Shown here in pieces: positions 29,717 through 38,678 of a stretch of DNA of 64,000 nt. The notes under the pieces are model-generated. The model made no database searches, had not been told where the DNA came from, and was given only the letters and a program-made list of their open reading frames with translations. The stretch spans positions 49,457-113,456 of the forward strand of contig CABXDL010000001.1 of assembly GCA_902510995.1 (NCBI GenBank), given 5' to 3'. The stretch is from an uncultured Candidatus Actinomarina sp. GTDB lineage: Bacteria > Actinomycetota > Acidimicrobiia > Actinomarinales > Actinomarinaceae. How positions within the stretch are numbered: position 1 is the stretch's first letter; the number at the start of each line of letters is the position of its first letter. The translations under genes were made by a program, and so were the position numbers.

Positions 29717-29888
29717 GCAATGTTCCTATTGCACTGATTGAGACTTCGGTATCTGAATTTATTAATACTTCTTTTTTTTCAATATCTACAAAAGCAGAAA
29801 TTATATTATTTTCATTATTAAGAATTGTTTCAATTGTATTTTTACAATGTTCACAACTTATTTCAGGTACTTTAAATTTTAATTCCAT
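29685..29888 (-). CDS. copZ: Copper chaperone (HMA domain)
   Basis: 67-aa ferredoxin-like fold with a CEHC metal-binding loop. It overlaps the copA start. Confidence 0.7.
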   Translation of the reverse strand: MELKFKVPEISCEHCKNTIETILNNENNIISAFVDIEKKEVLINSDTEVSISAIGTLLDDHGYTVVE

Positions 29889-29953
29889 ATAGTAATGATA
29901 ATAATTAAAGACTTATATTGAGAATTCTTATTTTTTTAGTCGAGTTGAGATAC

Positions 29954-30148
29954 TTAAGCTGTTTCTTGAAGTATTCTTCCTCTAACTCTTGGATACTTAA
30001 CTGGAGCATGATTAAAACAATTATTTCTCTTGTTATAAATACTCAATTTTGTATCGCAAGACTCATCGTTACAAGTACGACCCTGTTCAAAACTTTTTGA
30101 TGGCCTAATGCCACCTTTTATTTGACTAGCTTTTAGTCCGTCAGTCAT
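29954..30148 (-). CDS. Small zinc-ribbon protein resembling Z-type ribosomal protein bS14; paralog of 51948..52139
   Basis: C-x4-C-x12-C-x2-H. The SIYNKxxxCFxH and YPRVRG blocks resemble the S14-Z SVYRxFxLCRIC and PGVxK blocks. Confidence 0.5.
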   Translation of the reverse strand: MTDGLKASQIKGGIRPSKSFEQGRTCNDESCDTKLSIYNKRNNCFNHAPVKYPRVRGRILQETA

Positions 30149-30163
30149 TTCTTCCCTTTACTT

Positions 30164-30179
30164 TGTGAATATATTCACA
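30164..30179. promoter_or_regulatory. Perfect CRP/FNR-type palindrome TGTGA-N6-TCACA in a divergent promoter region
   Basis: TTGTGAATATATTCACAA lies between the minus-strand small gene and the plus-strand selW-like gene. Confidence 0.35.
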
Positions 30180-30255
30180 AGATTAACAACTTTACTTGTA
30201 GCATGCAAGCTTTTACAAAACTTTATATTTACTCTTCTTGTGATAGTATTTCATT

Positions 30256-30492
30256 ATGGAAATCAAACTAGAATTCTGTGTAGTCTGAAACTACACACCC
30301 CGTGCAGTTAGTACGGTTGAAGACATTTTAGAAAAATATGGTCAAGAAGTGAAATCTATCGACTTAATACCTACTACAGGTGGCAAATTTGAATTTTATT
30401 TAAATGGTGATTTGCTCTATTCAAAAATAGAAACAGATAGACACACTGAAGACGGAGAGATACTAGGTTTAATCGAAAAAGCGCTTAGTTGA
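30256..30492 (+). CDS. SelW/Rdx-family selenoprotein with in-frame UGA (Sec) at 30286..30288
   Basis: The translation MEIKLEFCVVUNYTPRA...TGGKFEFYLNGDLLYSKIETDRHTEDGEILGLIEKALS has a CxxU motif followed by NYxPRA. A SECIS-like hairpin at 30300..30316 sits 11 nt after the UGA. Confidence 0.6.
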
Positions 30493-31223
30493 ACATTCCA
30501 TTCGACTTAACAATATTTGAACTAGTCTTTATTGCATCTTTGTTATTTATTGCATCATCCATACAAGGACTTTTAGGCTATGGTTTTGCTGTAATATCTT
30601 CTCCAATTCTTGTCCAAATAGATCCTGTACTTGTCCCAGCTTTACTTAGCTTATTAGCTTTTCCCTTAACGATAAAAATATTTAGAAGAGAACGATCACA
30701 GGTTATATGGTCTCCAATGAAGTATTTATTAATTGGAAGGCTCGTTGGAGGTCCTTTAGGACTACTTTGTTTAATCTATTTAGATCAAAGAATCTTATCA
30801 ATAACTGTTGGTGCGATAGTTTTATTTGCTGGTCTTGCTTCTTATTTTGGCTGGACTTTAGAAAGGAATTTTAGGAATTCATTTAATGCAGGAATGTTTT
30901 CAGGCATTTTTGCAATGATTGCAGGTGTTGGAGGACCTCCTGTAGCAATATTATATAGAGATACAAAAGGGAAAGAATTTAGACCATCTTTGAATGCAGT
31001 TTTTACATTCGGGATACTTATTACATTAACTCTTTTACTAATAGATGGTCGAATATATCAAGATCACTTTTTTTTGTTTTTATATATGATTATTCCAACA
31101 TTTCTTGGAATAAGCCTCTCGTCTAAATTATTCATGAAGGTTTCAGACAAAGTAATTTCTAATGGAGTTATTTGGTTTTCAATCATTTCAGGATTAGTTG
31201 TTATATCTAGAAATATTTTTTAA
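30489..31223 (+). CDS. TauE/SafE (DUF81) family anion exporter/permease
   Basis: Polytopic protein with a glycine-rich TauE-like N-terminal helix. It overlaps the selW-like stop by 4 nt. Confidence 0.7.
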   Translation: MNIPFDLTIFELVFIASLLFIASSIQGLLGYGFAVISSPILVQIDPVLVPALLSLLAFPLTIKIFRRERSQVIWSPMKYLLIGRLVGGPLGLLCLIYLDQRILSITVGAIVLFAGLASYFGWTLERNFRNSFNAGMFSGIFAMIAGVGGPPVAILYRDTKGKEFRPSLNAVFTFGILITLTLLLIDGRIYQDHFFLFLYMIIPTFLGISLSSKLFMKVSDKVISNGVIWFSIISGLVVISRNIF

Positions 31224-31260
31224 TTTATTTCGTTATCTGTAATTACTAAGATATGAGCAT

Positions 31261-32841
31261 ATGTTAATTTCATCATTACTTTCTGGAGTCTTGTACTTTT
31301 TGAGCTTTCCTCCTTTTGGTTATTCGTATTTGATATTTCCTGCTTTATCGATTTTCTTCGGAGCAGCTCTAAGAAGCAAAAAGTCTTTTTTATCAGGGTT
31401 TATATTTGGCTCTGTTTCGTATGGAGTTATTTTGTTTGGTATTCAATCAATAGGTTACGAAGCCTGGATCCCGTTAACGATATTAATGGGATTAATGTAT
31501 GGAGTTTTTGGAAAAACACTTTCCTATTTTGGATTTAAAACAGATAATAATTTTTTCATTTTGGTAGCGGTGATTAGTGCATTTGATTTAATAAGAGCTT
31601 ATTTTCCATTTGGAGGCTTTCCTTGGGGGTATCCCTCAACTGTTTTAATAGATTTTATTCAACAACCATTTAAAATATTTGGACCAATAGGATTTTCGCT
31701 CGTTATTCAATCTATAGTTTTATCTTTGGTTTTAAACTTTATAACTTCTTTCAAAAATAAAAAATATGAATATGACAGACAATCATTTTTAAGGGGTAGA
31801 AATATTTTAGTTTTTCTATTAATTATGTCTTTTGTTTATGAGATCGGATTTGCTGCAGAAGGAGAAGTAAGAAAAGGAGATGTAGAGCAAGGGGATATTG
31901 AGATTTCAATAATTCAAGGAAACAGCCCATGTCCTGGAGCAAAGAATAGATGTGAAAATGAGAGACAAAGGATTTATGAAAGTCATTTGAATTTAACTAA
32001 GTCATTAAGCAAAGAACAGTTATTTACTTATGAAGCACTAGAAGAGGAATTAATAAAACCTCGATTAATTGTTTGGCCAGAGAGTTCAAGCGGTTTTGGA
32101 AATGATCCAGGAATTAGTGCAAAAACATTAGATGAGATATCTCAGGAAGTAAAAAGACTTAATGCTTCTTTTTTGATTGGAGGAGACAGGCCTGTCGACT
32201 CAAGTTATTTTGAAAATTATGGAATTTATATTGATGAAAAAGGAAAAATAGCAGGTGAGTATTTAAAACAACACCCAGTACCATTTGGAGAATATATTCC
32301 TTTTAGGAAGTATTTAGACTGGATACCTCCTCTTTCTTTAGTTCCAAGAGATATGATTCGTGGGAATGGTCAGGAGATATTTTCTATTGGTAAAAATAAT
32401 ATAAAAATTTCATCTGTAATTTCTTTTGAAGGTTCGTTTGAAAGATATATAAGGAGAAGTGTCCAAGAAGGAGCAGAGGTTATTGTTATTTTGACAAATC
32501 AAGCAAGCTATGGAGAAAGCGGGATGTCTGATCAGTTCATTCTTATGTCTAGAGCTAATGCTGTTTCGAATCATCGTGATATTGTTCATGCTGCAATAAC
32601 AGGTAAGTCAGCTTTTATTAGTGGGTTTGATGGCAAAGTTTATTCTTCAACTGAATTATTCACAAATGCTGTTTCTACTAGAAGACTTATTGCATATACT
32701 AACTCCACCCCTTATTCACTTTGGGGAAATTATTTAAATTATATAATGATTGCAATAGGTTTTATTATTTACTCTTTTCCAAAGAAAAAGACTTCAACCT
32801 GGAATAATCACCATATTCAGAATCATATCTCTTGGAACTAA
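31261..32841 (+). CDS. lnt: Apolipoprotein N-acyltransferase
   Basis: N-terminal polytopic domain plus a CN-hydrolase domain (VWPES...). Confidence 0.8.
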   Translation: MLISSLLSGVLYFLSFPPFGYSYLIFPALSIFFGAALRSKKSFLSGFIFGSVSYGVILFGIQSIGYEAWIPLTILMGLMYGVFGKTLSYFGFKTDNNFFILVAVISAFDLIRAYFPFGGFPWGYPSTVLIDFIQQPFKIFGPIGFSLVIQSIVLSLVLNFITSFKNKKYEYDRQSFLRGRNILVFLLIMSFVYEIGFAAEGEVRKGDVEQGDIEISIIQGNSPCPGAKNRCENERQRIYESHLNLTKSLSKEQLFTYEALEEELIKPRLIVWPESSSGFGNDPGISAKTLDEISQEVKRLNASFLIGGDRPVDSSYFENYGIYIDEKGKIAGEYLKQHPVPFGEYIPFRKYLDWIPPLSLVPRDMIRGNGQEIFSIGKNNIKISSVISFEGSFERYIRRSVQEGAEVIVILTNQASYGESGMSDQFILMSRANAVSNHRDIVHAAITGKSAFISGFDGKVYSSTELFTNAVSTRRLIAYTNSTPYSLWGNYLNYIMIAIGFIIYSFPKKKTSTWNNHHIQNHISWN

Positions 32842-32859
32842 AGAAAGAGCAAAATAAGT

Positions 32860-34053
32860 CTATATTTCAGGTTCGTTAATAGAAAGGCCTCTTGAAGCAG
32901 CAGCTTCTACTGTACCACCTTGGAAAGCTCTTAATCCAAATTTAGGCAAAACAGCAAAAATATGGTCAAAAATATCAGATTGAATACCTTCATACTCAAC
33001 CCAATCAATTGTATTTGTAAATGTATAGATCTCTAAAGGAACACCTTCAGAAGTTGGGGAGAGCTGCCTAACTATTAAAGTCATGCTTTCAGTATTAAGA
33101 TCATTATGATTTTTTAGATAGCTTACAAGATACGCTCTCAAGGTTCCTAGATTAGTAAGTCTTCTTTTTTCTTTTTCTTCATCTACTGAATTATTGTAAT
33201 TTTCAATGTCATTTATTTTTTCAGACAAGTATTTATTTATTGATGGAAGTTGTTTCAATTTATCAATATCTTTTTCTTCCATAAACCTAACACTAGATAT
33301 ATCAATCAAGATAGATCTTTTTATTCTTCTCCCTCCATAATCTGACATACCTCGCCAGTTTTTTACTGAACTAGTAACTATTTTTGAAGTTGGAATAGTT
33401 GTTATTGTTTTATCCCAATTTTGAACCTTTACAGTATGGAGTGAGATATCTATTACATCTCCATCAGCTCCATACTCAGGAACTTCAATCCAATCATCTA
33501 AATTTATAATGTCATTTTGCCCAATTTGAACTGAAGCAACAAATGAAAGTATTGTGTCTTGAAAAACTAATAGAAGTATTGCAGTAATAGCACCAAGTCC
33601 ACTTATGTAATAAGCTACTGACTGGCCTGTTCCAATAGCAAATATTATTATCACGATAAAAGCATTGAGTACAATTTTTACTATTTGTATGTAGCCCTTA
33701 ATTGGCTTGTCTTTCAATGCTTCGTAATGTGTAGAAATTTTATTTATTAAAGTTAAAAACTCTGAGATACTTAGACCTATAAAAATAGCTAAAAGAATAT
33801 TAATTATTCTATCTGAAAAACTATCGAAATATGGCAAACCAACACTTGTCTCCATATACACTTTTAATGAAGAAAATACTATTACAAGAGAAAATCTATT
33901 CAAAAACTTTTTGTCTAATAGAATATCATCGAGAATAGTGGTTGTTTTTTTTGCTAAAAACTTTATTCCTGGGAAGAATGCATATCTGCAGAGAGCGTAT
34001 ACTGCGAAACCTATCCCAAAAAAATATAATATTGTTAATAGTTCTTCATTCAT
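32860..34053 (-). CDS. Mechanosensitive ion channel (MscS family)
   Basis: TM helices followed by an MscS beta-domain pattern. Confidence 0.8.
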   Translation of the reverse strand: MNEELLTILYFFGIGFAVYALCRYAFFPGIKFLAKKTTTILDDILLDKKFLNRFSLVIVFSSLKVYMETSVGLPYFDSFSDRIINILLAIFIGLSISEFLTLINKISTHYEALKDKPIKGYIQIVKIVLNAFIVIIIFAIGTGQSVAYYISGLGAITAILLLVFQDTILSFVASVQIGQNDIINLDDWIEVPEYGADGDVIDISLHTVKVQNWDKTITTIPTSKIVTSSVKNWRGMSDYGGRRIKRSILIDISSVRFMEEKDIDKLKQLPSINKYLSEKINDIENYNNSVDEEKEKRRLTNLGTLRAYLVSYLKNHNDLNTESMTLIVRQLSPTSEGVPLEIYTFTNTIDWVEYEGIQSDIFDHIFAVLPKFGLRAFQGGTVEAAASRGLSINEPEI

Positions 34054-34072
34054 AATTTTAATTTTACTACTT

Positions 34073-34783
34073 TTAGAATCCTGATTGTTGGCTTGACCAA
34101 GGAGGAGGTGTTTTATTTAAGAACTCATCTACGCTAGGACCACCAAGTTTTAATAACCTCCTCTGTCCATATATATATGTCACAACAAGAAGAAATATAG
34201 TTGTTTGATTAGATGTTGCTAATTTAATAACTGCAAGTATTTCAGGCGAATTAAAGAAATATAGCTGCATTAAACCCTTAATACCTAGAAAAACAACCCA
34301 TATAATGGCAACTTCTCTATACGCTGGCTTTACATTTTTGTGTAAAAACCAATCTAAAGGCCAACCTCTTATTGATTTTGATGTGTATATTGTAAAAGGC
34401 CTTCCAAACAAAATAGAGAAAAAACCAATTGCTGCAACGCTTAAGTCTCTAATTATTCCTGGAAGAAAAAATCCAGATGCAGAACCTTGAATTTGAGCAA
34501 TCAAAAGTGCAATCGATGTACCAGCAAGACCAATCAAAGAGTTCTTTAATGATTCTTTTCTAAAGATTCTATATGAGAATGTAATCACTATAAGTGCTAC
34601 AGTTAACAAAATTGAAGTTTGTAATTCTTGAAATCTTGAAATTGTTACAAAAAAAACAGGTGCAAGAATAGCATCAATAAAATTTTCATTTGCTATGGGC
34701 AAGTCTCGATAGTCTTTTTTTATAGCTTCAAATTTTTTTTTGAAAGAGTTAAACAATTTAAAGTTCTTTAAGCTTCTTTTCAA
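34073..34783 (-). CDS. Integral membrane protein (DUF3159-like)
   Basis: Six TM helices and an actinobacterial-type pattern. The family assignment is tentative. Confidence 0.45.
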   Translation of the reverse strand: MKRSLKNFKLFNSFKKKFEAIKKDYRDLPIANENFIDAILAPVFFVTISRFQELQTSILLTVALIVITFSYRIFRKESLKNSLIGLAGTSIALLIAQIQGSASGFFLPGIIRDLSVAAIGFFSILFGRPFTIYTSKSIRGWPLDWFLHKNVKPAYREVAIIWVVFLGIKGLMQLYFFNSPEILAVIKLATSNQTTIFLLVVTYIYGQRRLLKLGGPSVDEFLNKTPPPWSSQQSGF

Positions 34784-36035
34784 TTATTTTAGAATCTATA
34801 TTTGTTGTTAAGTTAAAACAGTTTTCAATTTCATCTTTTGATATATCATCAAATTCTGACAAAGTAGATTCAATAATTGCATCTATAGAAAAATTATTTT
34901 GTGTAATATTTTGAACAAACTTATAACCTTGATCACGTGAATTACCTTTACTCACAATTAATGAAAGAAGTTTTTGAGATCCAAGTTTTGTTTTTGCAGA
35001 ATTTAAGTTTGATTCAATATTCTTATGATTAATAACAAGGTCATTAATAATATTAATCAAGTCTCTTGTCATAAAATCAATCAATTTAAATGTATCCGGA
35101 AGAATAATTCTTTCAACCGAAGAATTTGATATATCTCTTTCATGCCAAAGTGCCATAGTCTCGTAACTTGCTTGTGTATTTCCTCTAACCACTCTTGCTA
35201 GTCCACAGATTCTTTCAGAACCAATTGGGTTTTTTTTATGTGGCATTGCTGAAGAGCCTTTTTGTCCTTCCTGGAATGATTCAAACATTTCATTAACTTC
35301 AGATCTTTGATAGTGTCTAATATTTGTTGCAATTCTTTCATATGTACCAGCAATTATTGAAAAACTCGAAAATAAATCTGCATACCTGTCCCTACTAACT
35401 ACCTGTGAAGCAAGGGGCTCTGATTTTAGAGACAGATTTTCAAGAATTTTACTTTCTAGTTCTTCAGAAATTAGAGAATGATTACCGACAGCCCCACTAA
35501 TTTTTCCATAACTAATTATTTCTAAACTTGAATTTAATCTACTCAAACCTCTTGAAACTTCAAGACACCAATTTCCAAATATACTACCTAAAGTTGTAGG
35601 TTCAGCATAAACACCGTGGGTTCTGCCAATAATAATTGTTTCAGATTCACTTATTGCTTTATTTTTTAATGAATTTACTAGTTCACTTATTTTTTCAGAG
35701 AGAACCTTAATTGAGTCTCTAATTAATAAAGCATTTGCAGTATCAACAATATCTGAACTAGTTAATCCATAATGTATCCAATTAGAGTCATTTTTTACCT
35801 TACTTTGTAATACATCTACAAAAGCAGCCAAATCATGGTTTGTAACAGCCTCTCTTTCTAAGACTTCATTATGAGATACAGAAACTTCCTTTAGTTGTTT
35901 AGACAGTCCCTTTGGAGTAATTTCTTCTTTTTCAAGTACTTCAATTACTGCTTTTTCAACATCTACCCATTTCGCTACTTTATTGTCCTCACTCCAAATC
36001 GAGGACATTTCTTCGGAAGAATATCTTTCTATCAT
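34758..36035 (-). CDS. purB: Adenylosuccinate lyase
   Basis: Fumarase/ASL family signature (GSSAMPHKKNP). Confidence 0.9.
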   Translation of the reverse strand: MIERYSSEEMSSIWSEDNKVAKWVDVEKAVIEVLEKEEITPKGLSKQLKEVSVSHNEVLEREAVTNHDLAAFVDVLQSKVKNDSNWIHYGLTSSDIVDTANALLIRDSIKVLSEKISELVNSLKNKAISESETIIIGRTHGVYAEPTTLGSIFGNWCLEVSRGLSRLNSSLEIISYGKISGAVGNHSLISEELESKILENLSLKSEPLASQVVSRDRYADLFSSFSIIAGTYERIATNIRHYQRSEVNEMFESFQEGQKGSSAMPHKKNPIGSERICGLARVVRGNTQASYETMALWHERDISNSSVERIILPDTFKLIDFMTRDLINIINDLVINHKNIESNLNSAKTKLGSQKLLSLIVSKGNSRDQGYKFVQNITQNNFSIDAIIESTLSEFDDISKDEIENCFNLTTNIDSKIIEKKLKEL

Positions 36036-37309
36036 TGCTCTCTTATTATATTTTGATTTCTTTCAGGTCCAACAGAAATAAAAGTAATAGGTACTTTTAT
36101 AAAATCTTCAATAAACTTTATATAATCTTTAGCTTCTTCAGGAAGGTCTTCAAAAGACGTTATATTTGTTATATCTTCATCCCAACCTTTTAAAGTTTTA
36201 TAAATTGGTTTACCATCATGCAGCACTCTTTGTTGTCTTGGAAAATCTTTTACTTCTGAGCCATTTATATCGTAAGCAACGTTTACTTTTAATTCATTCA
36301 AGCCTGAAAGTACATCAAGTTTTGTAATAAATAATTCAGTTAATGAGTTAACTCTTACAGAATACTTTAGTGAGACAAGGTCTAACCATCCGCATCTTCT
36401 TTTTCTCCCAGTTACTACTCCATATTCAGCGCCTTTATCAATTAAGTAATCACCAATTTCGTTTTCTTGTTCGGTCAAGAAAGGACCTGTCCCTACTCTT
36501 GATATGTATGCTTTAGTAACTCCTACAATTCTTTCAATATCACGAGGTCCAATCCCAGAGCCTATTGCAGCATTTCCAGATGTGGTATTTGAACTTGTTA
36601 CAAAAGGGTAAGTTCCGTGATCAATGTCCAACAATGTTCCCTGAGCTCCTTCAAAAAGTATATTTTTTTCTTCATTGACTGCATTTGAAATTAATAAAGA
36701 GGTATCTATCATGATTTTTTTAACAGTATCTCTATAGCTGTTAAATTCTTCTAAAATCTCTTCAAGAGTGAAGGGTGTAGAATTATATATTTTTGTAATA
36801 ATTTCATTTTTCTCTTCTAAAATTGCTGAAACCTTTTCTTCAAAAATTTTCTCATCGAACAAGTCTTGTACTCTGATTCCTAATCTTTGGATTTTATCTC
36901 CATAGCATGGACCTATTCCTCTTTTTGTTGTTCCAATCATGTTTTTACCTAGTTTGTTTTCTATTAACTCATCTAAGAGTTTGTGGTAAGGCATAATAAG
37001 ATGTGCATTTGATGAAAGCTTTAATTTTGAAGTATCAACATTTTTCTCTTTGAGCATCTTTAGTTCGTCCATAAGGAAACCAAGGTCTACAACACAGCCA
37101 GAAGCGATAACAGGTATACAGTCTGGATACAAAACACCAGAGGGAGTTAATGAAAGCTTTATTGTTTCATCTTTTACGACAATAGTGTGACCAGCATTAT
37201 TACCACCTTGAAATCGGACCACCATATCGGCATTTGAAGCGAAAAAATCTGTGACTTTACCTTTGCCCTCATCACCCCACTGGGCTCCTAAAACAACGGT
37301 AGTAGACAC
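36032..37309 (-). CDS. purA: Adenylosuccinate synthetase
   Basis: GAQWGDEGKGK P-loop and a GTGPF motif. Confidence 0.9.
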   Translation of the reverse strand: MSTTVVLGAQWGDEGKGKVTDFFASNADMVVRFQGGNNAGHTIVVKDETIKLSLTPSGVLYPDCIPVIASGCVVDLGFLMDELKMLKEKNVDTSKLKLSSNAHLIMPYHKLLDELIENKLGKNMIGTTKRGIGPCYGDKIQRLGIRVQDLFDEKIFEEKVSAILEEKNEIITKIYNSTPFTLEEILEEFNSYRDTVKKIMIDTSLLISNAVNEEKNILFEGAQGTLLDIDHGTYPFVTSSNTTSGNAAIGSGIGPRDIERIVGVTKAYISRVGTGPFLTEQENEIGDYLIDKGAEYGVVTGRKRRCGWLDLVSLKYSVRVNSLTELFITKLDVLSGLNELKVNVAYDINGSEVKDFPRQQRVLHDGKPIYKTLKGWDEDITNITSFEDLPEEAKDYIKFIEDFIKVPITFISVGPERNQNIIREQ

Positions 37310-37497
37310 GTTTCTCCTTAGATTACAACATTCGATAATACATGGTTTTATAGGATATTTGCAACAAATTTCAAAAGATTAGTTGATTTAGTGTTGAACT
37401 ATGCTGAAATATCATTAAATTAAACATATGACGGTTCAACCGACTTTAACAGGGCGGTTCGATGGACTTGTCAACTTTTATATAAAAGGAGAAAACA

Positions 37498-38562
37498 TTG
37501 AGTAAAAAAGCAATCGTTTCTTTGCTAGTTCTTTCAATGATAGCTGTCGCTTGTGGAGGCACAGATGACGCTGTTGAAGAAGTAGTTGAAGAAGTCGCTA
37601 TGACTACACTCGAAGAGGTCCAAGCTAGAGGATTTCTTAAGTGTGGTGTTAGCACCGGTGCAACTGGATTTACAGAAGTAGCTGACGACGGATCTTATTC
37701 AGGATTCGACGTTGACTATTGCTATGCAGTTGCTGCTGCTGTTTTCGGTGATTACAGTAAAGTTGAATTTAAGCAACTTACTGCTGCTGAAAGATTTACA
37801 GCACTTAGCGCTGGTGAAATAGACGTATTGATTAGAAATACAACTTGGACTCAAAGCCGTGATACCGAATTGGGTAACGACTTTGGTCCGACCACTTACT
37901 ATGATGGTCAACAATTGATGGGTAGAAAGTCTGACGGATTGTCAGATAGCTCAACTCTTGCTGACGTTGATGGATTAAGAGTATGTACAAACGCTGGTAC
38001 CACAACTGAAAAGAATATTACAGAAGGTGCTGGACTTGTAGGAGCAACAATTGAACTAGTAACAGTTGAAGCTTTCTCAGAAGCTATTGACAAGTTCATC
38101 GCAGGTGAGTGCGACATAGTAACAACTGACGGTTCAGGATTAGTTGGTAGAAGAGCAGTTAATGACGCTCTTAATGACTGGGCAATTTTCCCAGCATCAC
38201 CAATTTCTAAAGAGCCATTAGGTCCAACATATAGATCAAATGATAGCCAATGGGCTGACATTGTTAACTGGACTGTTTACGCTACAATCATCGCTGATGA
38301 GTATGGTGTAACTAGAGCTAACATTGATTCATTTGATTATGATGCTGCCCCAGAAATGGGTAGATTGTTCGGTAAGAACGATGGAGAGCTTCAAACAAAG
38401 ATGGGTCTAAGTGCAGATGCTTACTACAACGTTGTAAAGCAAATAGGAAACTATGACGAAATCTTTTCAAGAAACCTAAATCCATTAGGTCTCTACAGAG
38501 AAGGTAGTTATAACGACTATTGGAACAACGGAGGATTGGTTTACGCACCTCCAGCAAGGTAA
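37498..38562 (+). CDS. Amino-acid ABC transporter substrate-binding lipoprotein (general L-amino-acid, AapJ-like)
   Basis: TTG start with an AAGGAG RBS and a lipobox-like LSMIAVAC G. The gene is conspicuously GC-richer and codon-biased. Confidence 0.85.
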   Translation: MSKKAIVSLLVLSMIAVACGGTDDAVEEVVEEVAMTTLEEVQARGFLKCGVSTGATGFTEVADDGSYSGFDVDYCYAVAAAVFGDYSKVEFKQLTAAERFTALSAGEIDVLIRNTTWTQSRDTELGNDFGPTTYYDGQQLMGRKSDGLSDSSTLADVDGLRVCTNAGTTTEKNITEGAGLVGATIELVTVEAFSEAIDKFIAGECDIVTTDGSGLVGRRAVNDALNDWAIFPASPISKEPLGPTYRSNDSQWADIVNWTVYATIIADEYGVTRANIDSFDYDAAPEMGRLFGKNDGELQTKMGLSADAYYNVVKQIGNYDEIFSRNLNPLGLYREGSYNDYWNNGGLVYAPPAR

Positions 38563-38584
38563 TTAATTACCTTACTAATTTTGT

Positions 38585-38608
38585 AAAAGGGGCTGAAAAG
38601 CCCCTTTT
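38585..38608 (+). terminator. Rho-independent terminator after the SBP gene
   Basis: AAAAGGGGC-UGAAAA-GCCCCUUUU, a perfect 9-bp stem followed by a U-tract. Confidence 0.65.
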
Positions 38609-38678
38609 ACTTTATATACTTCGACATATATAGTCCTTCTTCTAGGCATAAAGCAGATAATTCTGATAAAATTCATTT

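Noticed and set aside
37446-38557. Four antisense ORFs (69-117 aa) opposite the SBP gene
   Set aside because: They result from the elevated GC and codon bias of the sense-strand SBP gene. They have no start context and fully overlap a strongly coding gene.
37498-38562. GC-rich SBP gene as a horizontally acquired island
   Set aside because: The compositional shift is confined to one gene whose partners (permeases, ATPase) have native composition. Expression-driven codon bias is the simpler explanation.
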